Shown here one piece after another: positions 60,918 through 64,000 of a stretch of 64,000 bases of DNA. The notes under the pieces are model-generated. The model searched no databases. It was not told where the DNA came from and was given only the letters and a program-made list of their open reading frames with translations. The DNA is taken from assembly GCA_019058245.1 (NCBI GenBank), contig JAHPZJ010000023.1, positions 34,028 to 98,027 on the forward strand, written 5' to 3'. Position numbers and translations under genes: made by a program. Position 1 is the first letter of the stretch; each line of letters begins with the position of its first letter. Source of the stretch: Promethearchaeota archaeon (GTDB taxonomy: Archaea > Asgardarchaeota > Lokiarchaeia > Sigyniarchaeales > SOKP01).

Positions 60918-62363
60918 ATGCCATTAAAAACTCCAGAAGAGTATTTAGAAAGCATAAAAAGACCTGTTAATTTATATATGTTTGGGAAAAAAGTTGAGGA
61001 ATTCTGGAATCATCCAATTGTTAGACCTTCGATTAATTCAGTAATGAAAATTTATGAATTAGCCCAAATCGAAGAATACAAAGATTTAATGACAGTAAAA
61101 TCACATCTAACAGGAGAAATAATAAATCGGTTTACACATATCCATCAATCTGTTGATGATTTAATTAAAAAAGTTAAGATGCAAAGATTATTAGGTCAAC
61201 ATACAGCATGCTGTTTTCAAAGGTGCGTAGGCTTTGATACAGCTAATGCATTATATAGTGTAACTTATGAATTGGATAAAAAATTTAAAACAAATTATCA
61301 CGAGAGATTTAAAAAATATTGGATTGAAGTTCAAACACAGGATTTAATGGTAGATGGAGCAATGACCGATACTAAAGGAGATCGAAGTAAAAGACCAAAA
61401 GATCAACCAGATCCTGATGCATTTCTACATATCGTTGATGAAAACGATGATGGTATCGTCGTTAGAGGTGCTAAAGTTCATCAAACGGGATTTCTTAATT
61501 CTCATAGAGCTATTGTTATGCCTACTCTCAGATTAAGAGAAGGAGAAGAAGATTATGCAGTAAGCTTTGGAGTAGATACTAATGAAAAGGGAATTACTAT
61601 GATATATGGCAGGCAATCTTGTGATACTCGAAAAATGGAGGAAGGGAAATTAGATATTGGAAATTTTAAATATGGTGGCCAAGAAATTTTCGTAGTTTTT
61701 GAAGACGTTTTCATTCCTAAAGAACATATTTTCATGAAAGGTGAAATTGAATTTTCAGGAGAATTAGTTAACCGGTTTGCGGGATTTCATCGTCAATCCT
61801 ATGGAGGATGTAAAGTAGGGGTAGGAGATGCTTTAATTGGTGCAACAGCTTTAATCAGCGAATACAATGGTACTGAAAATGCCTCTCATGTGAAGGATAA
61901 GCTTGTGGAAATGATTCATTTAAATGAAACGCTATATAGTTGTGGTATTGCGTGTAGTTCCTTAGGGTTCCAAAGAGAAGCAGGAAATTACGAAATGGAT
62001 ATGCTATTAGCTAATGTGTGTAAACAAAATGTAACACGCTTTCCTTATGAAATAGGAAGATTAGCAGAAGATCTCGCAGGAGGAATAATCTGTACAATGC
62101 CCTCTGAAGCAGATATGAATTCTGAAGAAGTGGGAAATTTAATTGAAAAATATTTAAGTACGTGTGAAAATATTTGTGCTGAAGATAGATATAAAGTTCT
62201 GCGTTTTATAGAGAACTTAACTATGGGTGTAGCTTCTGTAAGTTATAGAACAGAATCTATGCATGGAGCAGGGTCTCCCCAAGCACAGAGAATTATGATT
62301 ACTCGACAAGCAGATCTCGAAGAAAAGAAAAAGATTGCAAAAAGGATTCTTGAGATTGAATAA
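60918..62363 (+). CDS. abfD: 4-hydroxybutyryl-CoA dehydratase
   Basis: Fe-S ligands in CFQRC and HRQSYGGC, plus ESMHGAGSPQAQ. Confidence 0.9.
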   Translation: MPLKTPEEYLESIKRPVNLYMFGKKVEEFWNHPIVRPSINSVMKIYELAQIEEYKDLMTVKSHLTGEIINRFTHIHQSVDDLIKKVKMQRLLGQHTACCFQRCVGFDTANALYSVTYELDKKFKTNYHERFKKYWIEVQTQDLMVDGAMTDTKGDRSKRPKDQPDPDAFLHIVDENDDGIVVRGAKVHQTGFLNSHRAIVMPTLRLREGEEDYAVSFGVDTNEKGITMIYGRQSCDTRKMEEGKLDIGNFKYGGQEIFVVFEDVFIPKEHIFMKGEIEFSGELVNRFAGFHRQSYGGCKVGVGDALIGATALISEYNGTENASHVKDKLVEMIHLNETLYSCGIACSSLGFQREAGNYEMDMLLANVCKQNVTRFPYEIGRLAEDLAGGIICTMPSEADMNSEEVGNLIEKYLSTCENICAEDRYKVLRFIENLTMGVASVSYRTESMHGAGSPQAQRIMITRQADLEEKKKIAKRILEIE

Positions 62364-62425
62364 TAATCCATATAATCTCATTAAAAATATCTAATCTATA
62401 AATGAGAAATTAATGAAATTTTTTT

Positions 62426-64000
62426 TTATCTTTTCTTATTTTTAATACATGCCCTAATAAATTCCAAATATAATGGAGATGGATTATAAGGTCGACTTTT
62501 AAATTCGGGGTGAAATTGGGTACCCACCATCCAATGATCTTTTCTATTTAATTCTATACTATTTATTATAATCCCAGTTTCATCTGTGCTTGATACTCGT
62601 AAACCTTTTTCTTTAGCTTCAGCTGTTATAAATCTTTCTTGAATATGAAATCTGTGGCGATACCTTTCAAATATTTGCTCTTGTTTATAAGCATCGTACA
62701 ATCTAGTATTTTTTTCAATAATTATTTTTTGTGCTCCTAATCTCATTGTACCTCCTTTTTCAGTCACCTCTTTCTGACTTTCTAAAATATCAACAACAGG
62801 ATAAGGCGTGTCAGGATCGAGTTCTGTAGAATTTGCATCTTTTAAACCGAGATACTTTCTACAAAAGGCTATAAAAAATAATTGAGCTCCAAAGCAAATC
62901 CCAAGAAATGGGACTTTATTTTCCATAGCATACTCTGCTGATTTAATCATTCCTTCTACTGCTCTTTTACCAAATCCCGGTGTAAGCAAAATTCCATTGC
63001 AATCTTTTATTTCTTCAGCAATATTTGTGTCTTTATCAATACTAATCATTTTTAATTCTGTTTTATAACCTAAATGAGCGGCCGCATCTTCTAAAGCCAC
63101 ATTTATTGATATATAAGAGTCTGAAATGTTAAAATATTTACCTGGCATAGCAATCTTTATAGTATCCTTGGCGTTTTTAAATAATTCCACCATTTTTACC
63201 CATTCAGAATAATTTGTTACCTCACTATACGCAACCAATTTTGCTTTTAAGTCTATAAGTTCACATATAAGATCTCCTAATCCTTGTTCCTCAAACAATA
63301 ATGGTAATTCATATACAATCTCTAAATCTGGATTTGAGATAACAGCATTTTCAGGAACATTAGAAAACAATGAAATTTTTCTTTTTATGTCATTATCTAA
63401 TGGTTTTTCGCTTCTTCCAATTAATATATCAGGTTGTAATCCTACACTTTGAAGCATTTTAACAGAATGTTGAGTTGGTTTTGATTTTTGCTGCCCTACC
63501 GCTTTTGAATAAGGAATAAGAGTGACATGTACAAATGCTGTACGTTTTGGGTATTCTAATTTTAATTGACGAAAGGCTTCTAAAAATATACTTGATTCTA
63601 AATCACCTACTGTACCACCACATTCAATTAATAATACATCCAAATCTTCTTTTTCCGCAATTTGCATTAATCTTTCCTTTATTATATCCGTAACATGTGG
63701 AATTATTTGAACTGTTTTCCCTAAAAATCTTCCTTTTCTTTCACTTAGTATTGTAGATAGATATATTTGACCTGAAGTGATGTTATGAGAGGGATGCATT
63801 TCAATACCTAAAATCCTTGAATAAGTTCCAAAATCTTGATCAATTTCTGAAATTCTATATGATCGTTCATCAGAATCAAGAACAGGTCTGAAATCCCATA
63901 CATCCTCAGTAATAAAACATTCTCCATGCTCGATTGGATTTAAGGTTCCGGGATCTATATTCAAATATGGATCAATTTTTACTACTGATACTTTAAATCC
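62426..64000 (-). CDS. pyrG: CTP synthase (5' end outside the window)
   Basis: KIDPYLNIDPGT, GGTVGD, KSKPTQHSV, GICFG, QFHPE. Confidence 0.96.
   Translation of the reverse strand, partial: GFKVSVVKIDPYLNIDPGTLNPIEHGECFITEDVWDFRPVLDSDERSYRISEIDQDFGTYSRILGIEMHPSHNITSGQIYLSTILSERKGRFLGKTVQIIPHVTDIIKERLMQIAEKEDLDVLLIECGGTVGDLESSIFLEAFRQLKLEYPKRTAFVHVTLIPYSKAVGQQKSKPTQHSVKMLQSVGLQPDILIGRSEKPLDNDIKRKISLFSNVPENAVISNPDLEIVYELPLLFEEQGLGDLICELIDLKAKLVAYSEVTNYSEWVKMVELFKNAKDTIKIAMPGKYFNISDSYISINVALEDAAAHLGYKTELKMISIDKDTNIAEEIKDCNGILLTPGFGKRAVEGMIKSAEYAMENKVPFLGICFGAQLFFIAFCRKYLGLKDANSTELDPDTPYPVVDILESQKEVTEKGGTMRLGAQKIIIEKNTRLYDAYKQEQIFERYRHRFHIQERFITAEAKEKGLRVSSTDETGIIINSIELNRKDHWMVGTQFHPEFKSRPYNPSPLYLEFIRACIKNKKR

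Noticed and set aside
59-61735. Many short ORFs in the track that overlap real genes (e.g. 59..421, 2304..2603, 12083..12406, 27006..27311, 43342..43911)
   Set aside because: They are antisense or alternate-frame shadows of well-supported genes and have no motifs.
1-64000. CRISPR arrays, rRNA, tRNA and IS elements
   Set aside because: No spaced direct repeats, GC-rich structured RNA blocks or transposase ORFs were seen.

Overview
Very AT-rich archaeal chromosomal segment with no rRNA, tRNA, CRISPR or transposase that I can see. It is most likely Asgard (Lokiarchaeia/Promethearchaeia-like). That is an inference from the split archaeal GltB, Lrp and AbrB-PhoU regulators, LRR and SBBP proteins, TATA-type promoters and expanded acyl-CoA paralogs. 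Left half (1-31.2 kb): a nitrogen-assimilation cluster with an HdrB-HdrC fusion leading a glutamate synthase operon, two Lrp/AsnC regulators plus a stand-alone RAM domain, two divergent glnA genes, amtB-glnK divergent from glutamine-dependent nadE, and carAB. Right half (32.5-62.4 kb): an acyl-CoA/lipid cluster with 3 NMO/FabK-like flavoproteins, an esterase, crotonases, an SDR, a 3-hydroxyacyl-CoA dehydrogenase, 2 hydratase-2 proteins, 3 thiolases, abfD, a cytoplasmic DmsAB-like enzyme and an alkyl sulfatase, followed by pyrG. Best observations: (1) a ~170-bp phased TGTCCA operator array with identical spacing upstream of both glnA paralogs, partly repeated at an Lrp gene; (2) a second operator, GGGA-N6-TCCC, at three promoters; (3) genes that appear to need ATA/ATC/ATT start codons; (4) a soluble LRR-TIR-coiled-coil protein with the catalytic Glu retained; (5) an HdrB-HdrC fusion inside the glutamate synthase operon; (6) a pseudo-thiolase next to an active thiolase; (7) a microhomology-mediated chimeric deletion and several gene relics.
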